Shown here: in pieces, positions 55,015-64,000 of the stretch
Layout of the letters: each line of letters starts with the position of its first letter
Numbering within the stretch: the stretch's first letter is position 1
DNA from: Candidatus Methylomirabilia bacterium
GTDB lineage: Bacteria > Methylomirabilota > Methylomirabilia > Rokubacteriales > CSP1-6
Length of the DNA: 64,000 bases
Reading direction: 5' to 3'
NCBI GenBank assembly: GCA_046758965.1
Contig: JBHIBG010000005.1
Location: 38,596-102,595 of the forward strand
The notes under the pieces: generated by a model
What the model was told of the DNA's origin: nothing
Databases searched by the model: none
What the model saw: only the letters and a program-made list of their open reading frames with translations
Made by a program: the position numbers and the translations under genes

Positions 55015-56043
55015 ATGGCTGCTCCGAAGATGCTGGCCGTGGCCACCGCCACGCCCTCGGCGTTCTTCCCCCAGTCTCGGCTGGCCGCGCTGGCCGGTTA
55101 CGACGATCCCCAGCGTCTGGGCTTTTTCGCTCACAGCGAGATCGATGGGCGCTATCTCTACCTGGATCCGGCGAACGTCCGCACAGACGAGAGCGTGGAG
55201 GAGCTGAACGACCGCTTCCAGCGAGGAGCCCTGGAGTTGGCGAGAACCGCGGCGCTTCGCTGCCTGGAGCGAGCGGGATGGTCACCCCATGAGCTGGACT
55301 TCCTGGCCACGACCACGTGCACGGGCCGTATCTGCCCGAGCCTCGATGCCCACCTGATTGACGACCTGGGTTGCTCCCCCGCTATCCAGCGGGTGCATGT
55401 CGGGGACACCGGTTGCGCCAGCGCGATGGTGGCCCTCCAGCAGGCCTACAATCACCTGATGGCGTTCCCGGGTCACCGGGCTCTGGTGGTCGCCGTCGAG
55501 ATCTGTTCGGCGGCCTACTACTTGGATGACCGGCTCGAAAGCGCCGTGGCCCACGCCATCTTTGCCGACGGGGCGGGCGCCCTGGCCCTCGGCAGCGTGG
55601 GTGAAGGGATGAGCGTGCTGAGCCACCGGACCCTCTTCCGCTCTGAGCACCTCGGCGCGATGGGGTTCGCCTATCCTGGCGGCCGCCCGCGCGTGATCCT
55701 CTCCAAGGACGTCCGGCGGATCGGAGCGGTGATGATGAAAGAGATGGCAGAGGCGCTCCTGGCCTCCCACGGCCTCAAACAGGCGGACGTGAGCCACTGG
55801 ATTCTCCATTCGGCGGGGCGGCGAGTGATCGAACAGGTACAGCGGCTCATGAACCTGGACGAAAGCGCTGTCAAGCCTTCCCGAACCGTACTCAGACGCT
55901 ACGGCAACATGTCCTCGGCGACCATCATCTTCGTCCTTGAGGAGTTGCTCAAGACCGCCCGCCCGGCTCCTGGCGACTGGGGCGTCATGATCGCCCTGGG
56001 GCCTGGCTTCGCCGCCGAAGGCGTCCTGCTCCGGTGCGAGTGA
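55015..56043 (+). CDS. Type III polyketide synthase
   Basis: Cys-His-Asn triad (TGC, ILHSAG, YGNMSS); EICS, FADGA and GPG motifs. Confidence 0.92.
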   Translation: MAAPKMLAVATATPSAFFPQSRLAALAGYDDPQRLGFFAHSEIDGRYLYLDPANVRTDESVEELNDRFQRGALELARTAALRCLERAGWSPHELDFLATTTCTGRICPSLDAHLIDDLGCSPAIQRVHVGDTGCASAMVALQQAYNHLMAFPGHRALVVAVEICSAAYYLDDRLESAVAHAIFADGAGALALGSVGEGMSVLSHRTLFRSEHLGAMGFAYPGGRPRVILSKDVRRIGAVMMKEMAEALLASHGLKQADVSHWILHSAGRRVIEQVQRLMNLDESAVKPSRTVLRRYGNMSSATIIFVLEELLKTARPAPGDWGVMIALGPGFAAEGVLLRCE

Positions 56044-56047
56044 GACC

Positions 56048-56767
56048 GTGGCAGCTCCGGCCGCACTCCCTCGGGCGGTTGGCGTCAGCGAGTTCCTCGA
56101 TGCTCCGGTCCCTCTCCGAGAGCTTGAGGAGAACCTCCGTGATCTCGGTCGCTTGAATCGCCTTTTCGGGGGGTCCTGGCTGGTCTGCGCCCAGCTGGGC
56201 CGGCTCGTGAAAGAGATACCGGCGGATCAGCCAGTCACGATCCTGGATGTGGGGACTGGCGGGGCCGACCTCCCGATGGCCCTTGTCCGCTGGGCCCGCC
56301 GCCGTGGCCGAAGAATCCGCGTCCTCGCCCTTGACCGAAGCGACCAAGTTCTGGCAGTCGCCCGGCGGCTCGCCGCAGAGTATCCCGAGATCGCGTTCGT
56401 ACAGGGTGACGGGCTGTCCTTGCCGGTAGCTGGCGAGGCCGTTGACGTAGCGCTGGCCTCGCTGACCCTCCACCACCTCGAGCCTACCGACGGGTCTGTC
56501 CTGCTCTCCGAGTTAGACCGCGTGGGGCGCGGTGGCTTTGTCGTCAACGACCTCATGCGGAGCCGCGTCGCCTACAGCCTCGTCTGGTTCGCCACCCGCC
56601 TCTTCACGCGAAGCCAGGCAGCCCGTCATGACGGCCCCCTCTCGGTCCTTCGCGCATACACCCCGGATGAGATCCAGGATCTCGCGCGGCGGGCCGGACT
56701 TTCGCGAATCAGCATCCTCCGATACTCGTGGCTCTGCCGGCTCGCCGCCGTGAGGCGCAAGGGATGA
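56048..56767 (+). CDS. SAM-dependent methyltransferase (type III PKS-associated)
   Basis: E.LD, LDVGTGGAD, TLHH, NDL.RS and HDGPLSV.RAY motifs. Confidence 0.88.
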   Translation: MAAPAALPRAVGVSEFLDAPVPLRELEENLRDLGRLNRLFGGSWLVCAQLGRLVKEIPADQPVTILDVGTGGADLPMALVRWARRRGRRIRVLALDRSDQVLAVARRLAAEYPEIAFVQGDGLSLPVAGEAVDVALASLTLHHLEPTDGSVLLSELDRVGRGGFVVNDLMRSRVAYSLVWFATRLFTRSQAARHDGPLSVLRAYTPDEIQDLARRAGLSRISILRYSWLCRLAAVRRKG

Positions 56768-58005
56768 CCCCGCGAGGCGCCTACGATGTCGTTGTCGTGG
56801 GGGCAGGCCCTGCGGGGAGCGCCACGGCGATCTTCCTGGCTCAGCATGGCCACTCCGTGCTGGTACTCGACCGGGCCATCTTCCCTCGCCCCAAGGTCTG
56901 CGGCGAGTATCTGAGTCCCGAACTCTCAAGAATCCTGGACCGCCTCGGGGTCTTGAAGGCGGTGGATGAGGCGGGGGCGGTCCCGCTCAAGGGGATGAGG
57001 ATCGTCGCTCCCGATGGGAGCGTGCTCGTGGGCCGTTATCCCACGGAGGGGCGGTGGCGGGGGTATCGCGACTACGCCCTGGCGCTCCCAAGGCTGATCT
57101 TTGACCGGATCCTCTTCGAACGAGTGAAGGGTTCTCCCGCGGAGGTCCGCGAGCGGCACCAGGTGATCGATCTGCTCCTCGTGGGCCACCAAGTAGGGGG
57201 TGTACTCGTCCGGGACGCTGGTGGTCGCCTGATCGAGGTGACGGCTCGACTCGTCATCGGGGCTGATGGGCGGAACTCCGTTGTGGCACGTGCTCTGGGA
57301 CTCGTGCGGCCCCGCCCGCTCCGGCGGTTCGCGCTGGTGAGCTACGTTGAGAGAGTGGGAGGGCTTGACGACCACGGCGAGATCTACGTGGATCCCCCCG
57401 ACTACGCCATCCTGAACCCGGTTGCGCCGGGGCAGGTCAACCTGAGCCTGGTTGTCCCGCTCGCGCACGCCACGCCTTACCGAGGCAAGTTCGAGTCGTT
57501 CCTTCGGGCCCGTCTCAGGCAGCTCGACCACCTCTGGCCGCGCGTTGCCGGAATGCGGCTTGCCTCTCCGGTAAGAGCGTTGGGGCCGCTTGCTTACCGG
57601 GTGGTTCAACCCCGCGTCGGCGGCGTGCTTGTCGTGGGCGATGCGGCCGGCTTCTACGACCCGTTCACCGGCGAGGGGATATTTGCCGCGATGCGCTCGG
57701 CCGAGCTGGCGGCCGAAGTCGCCCATCACGCGCTTTCAGCGAGCGACTGCTCGGCGGATGCCCTGGCTCCCTTCTTCAGGAGGCGGCACGAGGCCTTCGC
57801 AGACAAGGAGAAGGTGGCGTCTCTCCTGCAAGTCGTGATCAGGCGGCGATGGCTGGCGAACCTCGTAGCCCATCGGCTCGCCCGCCGCGCCGACCTTCTC
57901 GATCTCCTGATGGGTGTCATCGGCGACTTCGTGCCGCCCAAGGCGCTTCTCTCCCCACGCGCGCTCTTCGGCCGGCCGGGGCTCAGCGAAGGGACGAAGG
58001 CATGA
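56764..58005 (+). CDS. FAD-dependent oxidoreductase (geranylgeranyl reductase/monooxygenase-like)
   Basis: GAGPAG, FPRPKVCGE, GADG and GDAAGFYDPFTGEGI motifs. Confidence 0.88.
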   Translation: MTPRGAYDVVVVGAGPAGSATAIFLAQHGHSVLVLDRAIFPRPKVCGEYLSPELSRILDRLGVLKAVDEAGAVPLKGMRIVAPDGSVLVGRYPTEGRWRGYRDYALALPRLIFDRILFERVKGSPAEVRERHQVIDLLLVGHQVGGVLVRDAGGRLIEVTARLVIGADGRNSVVARALGLVRPRPLRRFALVSYVERVGGLDDHGEIYVDPPDYAILNPVAPGQVNLSLVVPLAHATPYRGKFESFLRARLRQLDHLWPRVAGMRLASPVRALGPLAYRVVQPRVGGVLVVGDAAGFYDPFTGEGIFAAMRSAELAAEVAHHALSASDCSADALAPFFRRRHEAFADKEKVASLLQVVIRRRWLANLVAHRLARRADLLDLLMGVIGDFVPPKALLSPRALFGRPGLSEGTKA

Positions 58006-59072
58006 AGGACGTATGGGCGGTCTTCAACCTCGAGATCGATCCGAGCAACTTTAAGTTTGGTGTTGCACTCGGCGCTGCGATGACTGGTGACCCTGAGCCG
58101 GAAAGCACTACGATCATGTTTGACAGTTTGGGTACGCGTATTCCGTGCCAGGTATTCATCGAACGCGACAAAATGCAACGCACTGGAATCACGCGATTAC
58201 TTCGAAACCAATTGAAGATACTGTCCGATATTAGCAGGGACGGTCTGGAGTTCGAGTGTCAACGGCAGTTATCGCTCGCGTTTCGGCTGTTTAAGCCGGG
58301 CCCTTTCTGGATCTCGGCTTGGGAACGTCGCAATGAAGTTCGTCCTCGGTTTTGGCCGTTACCACCTCCGTACGTCCTCCGAGGTGAAGAGCTTACCCGC
58401 TTCTGCGACTTTTCAAAAAAGCTCATTCCTTTCCAGGAACAGCGAAACATTTATCGTTTGGTTCGCTACTTTTCTCAGGCTTTGGGTGAAGTAGTCAGCG
58501 ATTTCCTTGAACCCTCGGATCCAACAGGGGAGAGATTTCTCTCGCGAACTGCTTACTTGATAATTGCCGCTGACTTCTTTGAGCAGGCGCATGGAAACTG
58601 GTGGCTCTCACCGGATATGCGTTTAGTTCTTCTGATGATCGCAACCGAGGCTCTGTTTACGGATGATGACAAGGCAGAAGTGGGGTACCGATTGTCACAG
58701 CGAATCGCAGTCTTGAACGGTTCGCACCCTGGGGAACGGAAGACAGTTTTTGAGCTCACGAAGGGGCTTTATGATCTCCGGAGCCGGCTGGTCCACGGAT
58801 CAGTCTACCGAAGGAAGCGGGGGTTTCCCGAAGTAGCCGGGCCGGACCTCGCAGCGTTCGCCAACTTGGTCCGATCATCGTTGCTCTATTGCATCGCCCT
58901 GGACCAAAGGGGGTTTGGCAAGGACGACATCTTGAAAACATTGGATCGGGCAGTTTTTGATGAAAAGGAGATGCTGCTGTTCCGCTTTAAGGCAAATGAA
59001 TTCTGGGGATTCGGTGAATCTCCTGATGAGCATCTGTACGCGATGGGCGGAAGGTCTGTGGCGGGACCTTAA
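58002..59072 (+). CDS. HEPN-domain protein (Apea-like)
   Basis: IATEALF, YRLSQR and LYDLRSRLVHG (RxxxxH); AT-richer codon usage. Confidence 0.75.
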   Translation: MKDVWAVFNLEIDPSNFKFGVALGAAMTGDPEPESTTIMFDSLGTRIPCQVFIERDKMQRTGITRLLRNQLKILSDISRDGLEFECQRQLSLAFRLFKPGPFWISAWERRNEVRPRFWPLPPPYVLRGEELTRFCDFSKKLIPFQEQRNIYRLVRYFSQALGEVVSDFLEPSDPTGERFLSRTAYLIIAADFFEQAHGNWWLSPDMRLVLLMIATEALFTDDDKAEVGYRLSQRIAVLNGSHPGERKTVFELTKGLYDLRSRLVHGSVYRRKRGFPEVAGPDLAAFANLVRSSLLYCIALDQRGFGKDDILKTLDRAVFDEKEMLLFRFKANEFWGFGESPDEHLYAMGGRSVAGP

Positions 59073-59274
59073 GGGGATGACCGCGTTTTTGGACTTCCCT
59101 TGGTCAGCCTCCTGGGCCGCTCGAAAAACATGTGCCAGCGGGTCGGAGTTGGGTGGCCCCGACGGAAGCCGGAAGACCTGCGCGAGAGAAGGTATGATCA
59201 GCCGGCTTCTACGACGTAGCTCGTGAGAGGGGCCTGAGGCAGTCTGGCGTTCGCTAACGAGGGGCGCCATGGCG

Positions 59275-59523
59275 CTATCGCCCGAAGAGATCCTCTCCCA
59301 GCTTTTCCCGGTGCATCTCCAGGTAAGAGGCTACGTCTGCGAGGATCGCGCTCAATGTGCCGACTGTGAGCTGCCGGTGACGGGGGACGGTGATGTGGTG
59401 TTCAGTCCCCCTAATGGTTGAGGTCAGACGAAGGTGGCTTCCCGTCTGCCTCGTAATGTCGTACCCGTACCCACGGAGAAGAGAGGCCAGTGCCGTCCCT
59501 GGCAGGTCTCGCGGGAGCTTCAA
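59275..59523 (-). CDS. hicA: HicA-family mRNA interferase toxin
   Basis: RQTGSH, ITVPRH and GTLSAIL motifs. Confidence 0.88.
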   Translation of the reverse strand: MKLPRDLPGTALASLLRGYGYDITRQTGSHLRLTSTIRGTEHHITVPRHRQLTVGTLSAILADVASYLEMHREKLGEDLFGR

Positions 59524-59732
59524 GCAGGGATGACCTCATCCTTCACCATATGAAGGCGGATTACCCGTGGCCGGTTCTCTTCGCTGAAGTGACAGCGGAC
59601 GGCATCCCGGACCATCTCCTTCAGCTCCTCGAGGGTGGTTCCCTGTGTGTAGATGGAGTAGCCCAAGGCTCGGGCTTCATAGCCACCCTCTGGTGACTCG
59701 TTTACGGTAAAAATGATTTCGATCTCCGCCAT
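59520..59732 (-). CDS. HicB-like antitoxin (short, no DNA-binding domain)
   Basis: EGGYEA...TQGTTLEELKEMVRDAV; overlaps hicA; TATAAT and GAGGAGG upstream. Confidence 0.8.
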   Translation of the reverse strand: MAEIEIIFTVNESPEGGYEARALGYSIYTQGTTLEELKEMVRDAVRCHFSEENRPRVIRLHMVKDEVIPA

Positions 59733-59934
59733 CTCTGGCCTCCTCACTGCTATTATAGCCCTTCGAGAGGAACGTGCCGCGCTAAATACTCCATCGACGG
59801 CTTCCCCAGGCCGTGTGTGGGCGCCGAACCTTAGGGCTGGCGCCGAGGAGCAGCCGGAAGCGCGTGAGCGCGACGGGAGGCTTCAGCCTGATGGCCGAGC
59901 GGGTGCGAGGCAAATGCGCCGGATGAGGCGATAG

Positions 59935-60090
59935 TCAACGACGAAGTACGATGTTATCATCATCGGCGCCGGTCATAATGATCTGGCGGCTGCTCTCTAC
60001 CTGACCTGGGCAGGAGTGCGCGTGCTGGTGTGGAACGCCGCGGGATCGTTCACGGCGCGTGTGTGACCGAGGAGACCTAGCCGGTAAGGA
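59935..60090 (+). pseudogene. N-terminal remnant of a phytoene-desaturase-like FAD oxidoreductase
   Basis: KYDVIIIGAGHNDLAAALYL..GVRVLV, frameshift, ERRGIVHGACVTEET, then TAG. Confidence 0.7.
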
Positions 60091-60161
60091 GCGCTGGGTC
60101 GAGTCGCCACCCATGCCTTCGGCACCGGTACCCGGCCTGCGCAAGCTGAATAGAAAGTGGT

Positions 60162-60917
<756 letters not shown>

Positions 60918-60926
60918 GACCCCCTC

Positions 60927-62051
60927 TCAGCGGGTCCCCACGCCGAGCCGTTGCTCCAGCCGACGGCTCGCGGACGACATGGAGTAGCTGAAGGCCCAGT
61001 ATACGGCGGAAATGAAGATGAGGACCTCCGTGCGGAGCCCGAGCCAGTCCGGGTTGGAGAGAATGCTCCGGGCGATTTCGAACAGGTCGAGGAGACCAAC
61101 CACGGCCACCAGCGAGGTGTCCTTGAACAGGCCGATGAACTGGCCCACGATGGGCGGGATCACGGCCCTGAGTGCCTGGGGGAGAATGATCAGTCCCATG
61201 GTGAGCGCGTTCCCCAGGCCGAGGGCGCGGGCCGCGTCATACTGCCCGCGGGGGATCGCCTGCAGCCCGCCTCGCACGTTTTCCGCGAGATAGGCGGCGC
61301 TGAACAGGGTGAGGGCCAGCATCGCGCGGACCACCTTGTCCACGTGGAGGTGGCCCGGGATCAGGAGCGGAAACATCACCGAGGACATGAACAGGATCGT
61401 CACGAGCGGCACTCCCCGGACCGCCTCGATGTACACCGTCGAGAGGAGGCGAACCACGGGTAGGCGGCTTCGCCGTCCCAGGGCCAGCAGCACTCCCAGG
61501 GGGAACGAAGCCACGATCGCGACGATGGCCAGGAGGAAGGTGAGCATGAGCCCGCCCCATTGCATCGTGTCCACCCGGGGAAGAATGGCGCTTCCCGGAA
61601 AGCCGTGCAGGAGGGCGATGATGGCGGGAACGGAGAGCACCCAGCAGAGCGTGACCGCCTTGCCCCGTGTGCGCCGCAACGCCGTCAGGAACCCCAACGC
61701 GCCGACGATGGCCAGGGCCCCCACCACCCGGTGCGCCTCCGTGGAGGGGTAGGTCCCGATCAGGAAGAGTCTCAGGTTGGCCGGGATCACCGCCCAGCAG
61801 GCTCCCGGCGAGCCGCCCGAGGCCTGAGCGAGTTGTCTGGCCTGGTGGCAGGCCTCGGGCGTGGTCGCCCAGGTGGCTTCGAAGACCATCCAGCGGGCAA
61901 GGGGCGGGAGCATCGAGGCGAAAAACCAGAGGATCAGGAGCGTCAGGATGATGTTGTACCAGGTGCTGAACAGGTTCGCTCTGAGCCACCCGAGCGGGCC
62001 GATGGAGGCGCGCGGGGGGAGGATGAGCTCGGCGGGAATCGCCCGGTCCAC
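60927..62051 (-). CDS. aapM: Amino acid ABC transporter permease
   Basis: WLRANLFS, WGGL, RGVPL and FKDTSL motifs. Confidence 0.88.
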   Translation of the reverse strand: MDRAIPAELILPPRASIGPLGWLRANLFSTWYNIILTLLILWFFASMLPPLARWMVFEATWATTPEACHQARQLAQASGGSPGACWAVIPANLRLFLIGTYPSTEAHRVVGALAIVGALGFLTALRRTRGKAVTLCWVLSVPAIIALLHGFPGSAILPRVDTMQWGGLMLTFLLAIVAIVASFPLGVLLALGRRSRLPVVRLLSTVYIEAVRGVPLVTILFMSSVMFPLLIPGHLHVDKVVRAMLALTLFSAAYLAENVRGGLQAIPRGQYDAARALGLGNALTMGLIILPQALRAVIPPIVGQFIGLFKDTSLVAVVGLLDLFEIARSILSNPDWLGLRTEVLIFISAVYWAFSYSMSSASRRLEQRLGVGTR

Positions 62052-62052
62052 C

Positions 62053-63243
62053 TCAGCGCTCCGAGATCCGCAAGCGACGGTTATAGAGGTTCAGCACCAG
62101 CGAGGTGAACAGGCTCATCACGAGGTAGCTCGCCATCACCATCCCGATGACCTCTACCGCCTTGCCCGTCTGGTTGAAGATCGTTTCGGCGAGCGAGAAG
62201 AGGTCTGGGAATCCCACGGCGACGGCCAGGCTCGAGTTCTTGGCCAGGTTCAGATACTGGCTGATGAGCGGGGGGATGATGACCCGCACCGCCTGGGGCA
62301 GGACGATCAGGCGCAGGGCGAGACCCCCGCTGAGCCCGAGGGCCCGGGCTGCCTCCTTCTGCCCGACGTGAACCGCCTGGATTCCCGCCCTGACGACCTC
62401 GGCGATGAAGGCCCCCGTATAGACGGTAAGCCCCACGAGCATGGCGGTGAACTCGGGGGTGAGCGTCAGCCCTCCCTCGTAGTTGAACCCTCCCATCTCC
62501 GGAAGGTCCACGGTGAGCGGCTGCCCTGGGCCGACGACCCAGCCGATGGTTGGGACGCCGACGAGCGCGGCAACGGCCCACGCAAGGGCGTGGCTGGGCT
62601 GGCCGGTCCGCTCCTGGCGGCGCGTCCGCCAGCGCCAGAGCAGCAGGGCGATGATCAGGGCGGCCGCGAGGAAGGCCAGCCAGGGGTAGAACGCTTCGGT
62701 CGGCGTGAAGCTCGGCAAGGCTGCGCCCCGGTTGCTGAGGAAGATCGAGCCGGGGAGCACGATGCTCTCCTTGACCCGGGGAAGCTGCAGGATGACGGCG
62801 AAGTACCAGAACACCAGCTGGACCAGGAGCGGCACGTTGCGCACGATCTCGATGTAGGCTCCCGCCAGCTTGCGGAGAAGCCAGTTGGTGGACAATCGCG
62901 CGATTCCCGCGAGGGTGCCGAGCACGGTCGCCAGCACGATTCCGAACACGGAGACCTTGATGGTGTTGACCACCCCGACGAGGAAGGCGTACCAGTACGG
63001 GTCACCTTCGCGGTACTCGATCCCCTCGCCGATCGGGAATCCGGCCTCCCGGTAGAGGAAGTCAAAGCCTCCGGCTAGCCCGCGGCTCTTGAGCTCACGC
63101 TGCACGTTCGCATAGAGCAGGCCGGCGACGATGACAACGGCCAGAAGGAAGATCGCCTGGGCGAGAACGCGCAGCACACGCTCGTTCCGCCACCAAGCCA
63201 CGCTGCGGCGAGTAGCCTGAGGAGAAGAGATGTCAGCCGACAT
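62053..63243 (-). CDS. aapQ: Amino acid ABC transporter permease
   Basis: GFDFL, RNVPLL, SNRG and YLNLAKNSSL motifs. Confidence 0.88.
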   Translation of the reverse strand: MSADISSPQATRRSVAWWRNERVLRVLAQAIFLLAVVIVAGLLYANVQRELKSRGLAGGFDFLYREAGFPIGEGIEYREGDPYWYAFLVGVVNTIKVSVFGIVLATVLGTLAGIARLSTNWLLRKLAGAYIEIVRNVPLLVQLVFWYFAVILQLPRVKESIVLPGSIFLSNRGAALPSFTPTEAFYPWLAFLAAALIIALLLWRWRTRRQERTGQPSHALAWAVAALVGVPTIGWVVGPGQPLTVDLPEMGGFNYEGGLTLTPEFTAMLVGLTVYTGAFIAEVVRAGIQAVHVGQKEAARALGLSGGLALRLIVLPQAVRVIIPPLISQYLNLAKNSSLAVAVGFPDLFSLAETIFNQTGKAVEVIGMVMASYLVMSLFTSLVLNLYNRRLRISER

Positions 63244-63256
63244 CCCGAGGGACCAT

Positions 63257-63293
63257 CGGCAGGTGCCAGACCACGTTCATCCGGCACCTGCCG
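63257..63293 (-). other. Intercistronic stem-loop between binding-protein and permease genes
   Basis: 11-bp inverted repeat CGGCAGGTGCC ... GGCACCTGCCG. Confidence 0.6.
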
Positions 63294-63320
63294 GTGTGCG
63301 GTCACACGGCCGCTGGTGAG

Positions 63321-64000
63321 CTAGCGGAGCGGCGGGGCGTACACAAGCCCTCCCCTGGTCCAGAGGTCGTTGAGGCCACGTTCGAGGTTGAAGGGTGTGC
63401 CGGGGCCGAGGTTTCTGGCGAAGATCTCGCCGTAGTTACCGACCTGCTTGATCGCGTTGTAGATGAACCTCTTATCCAGCCCCATCGCCTTGCCGAGTTC
63501 CTTTTCGTCTCCCAGCAGCCGGGCGATCTCGGGGTCCTTACTGTTGAGGAACCGGTCCACGTTCTTCGAGGTGATCCCGCGCTCCTCAGCCGTCATGAGG
63601 CCGTACACGAGCCAGCGGATGATGTCTCCCCAGTTGTTGTCGCCGTGGGCCCAAGCCGGCCCGAGCGGCTCCTTGGACATGACTTCGGGCAGGATCACGT
63701 GGGCGCCCGGGTCCTTCAGGATTGTCTTGCGGGAGACGAGACCCGACATGTCGGTCGTCACCCCGTCGCAGCGTCCCTGCTCGTAGGCGCCGAAGACCGC
63801 GTCCGGATCCTCGAAGACCACGGCCTTGTACCTGAGCCCTCGCTTCCTGAACTGGTCGGCCAGGTTCAGCTCGGTGGTGGTCCCGGTCGTGACACAGATG
63901 GACGCGTTGTTCATGTCGTTGATCTTCTTGATCCCCGAGTCCTTTCGCACCATCATCCCCTGGCCGTCGTAGAAGGTGGTGGGCCCGAAGTCCAACCCCA
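63321..64000 (-). CDS. aapJ: Amino acid ABC transporter substrate-binding protein (truncated by window edge)
   Basis: FYDGQG, GTTTELN, SKEPLGP, VGNYGEIF and RGLN.LW motifs. Confidence 0.9.
   Translation of the reverse strand, partial: GLDFGPTTFYDGQGMMVRKDSGIKKINDMNNASICVTTGTTTELNLADQFRKRGLRYKAVVFEDPDAVFGAYEQGRCDGVTTDMSGLVSRKTILKDPGAHVILPEVMSKEPLGPAWAHGDNNWGDIIRWLVYGLMTAEERGITSKNVDRFLNSKDPEIARLLGDEKELGKAMGLDKRFIYNAIKQVGNYGEIFARNLGPGTPFNLERGLNDLWTRGGLVYAPPLR

Overview
High-GC bacterial chromosome segment. The gene repertoire (cyclase-AAA-TPR protein, large SRP RNA, type III PKS) suggests Candidatus Rokubacteria/Methylomirabilota, but that is an inference only. It is mostly core genes: gyrA (partial), serS, all four tRNA-Ser isoacceptors, tRNA-Arg(ACG) next to tadA, large SRP RNA, dnaX-ybaB-recR, tRNA-Asn, glcDEF, moaB, htrA, rmlA/C/B, trmI, ppiD, greA, a peptidoglycan amino-sugar recycling cluster (kinase, SSS transporter, nagZ, namZ, murQ), a type III PKS-methyltransferase-FAD oxidoreductase cluster and aapJQMP. 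Two things stand out. (1) Three 'fragment' ORFs at 22862-24094 (-) are one 410-codon rhodanese-MoeB (MoeZ-like) frame with two in-frame UGA codons. Each UGA sits at a conserved Cys position and is followed by a SECIS-like hairpin, so this is a likely double selenoprotein. (2) An AT-richer insert between two tRNA-Ser genes (3607-8267) holds an uncharacterised operon (coiled-coil, 4-TM coiled-coil protein, vWA/MIDAS lipoprotein) behind a sigma54-like promoter, plus a membrane-anchored wHTH protein and an orphan Pal paralogue. A HEPN protein, a HicAB pair, a stand-alone DGQHR protein, a degenerate serine-recombinase domain and several pseudogenes are also present. No CRISPR array, rRNA or intact integrase/transposase was seen.
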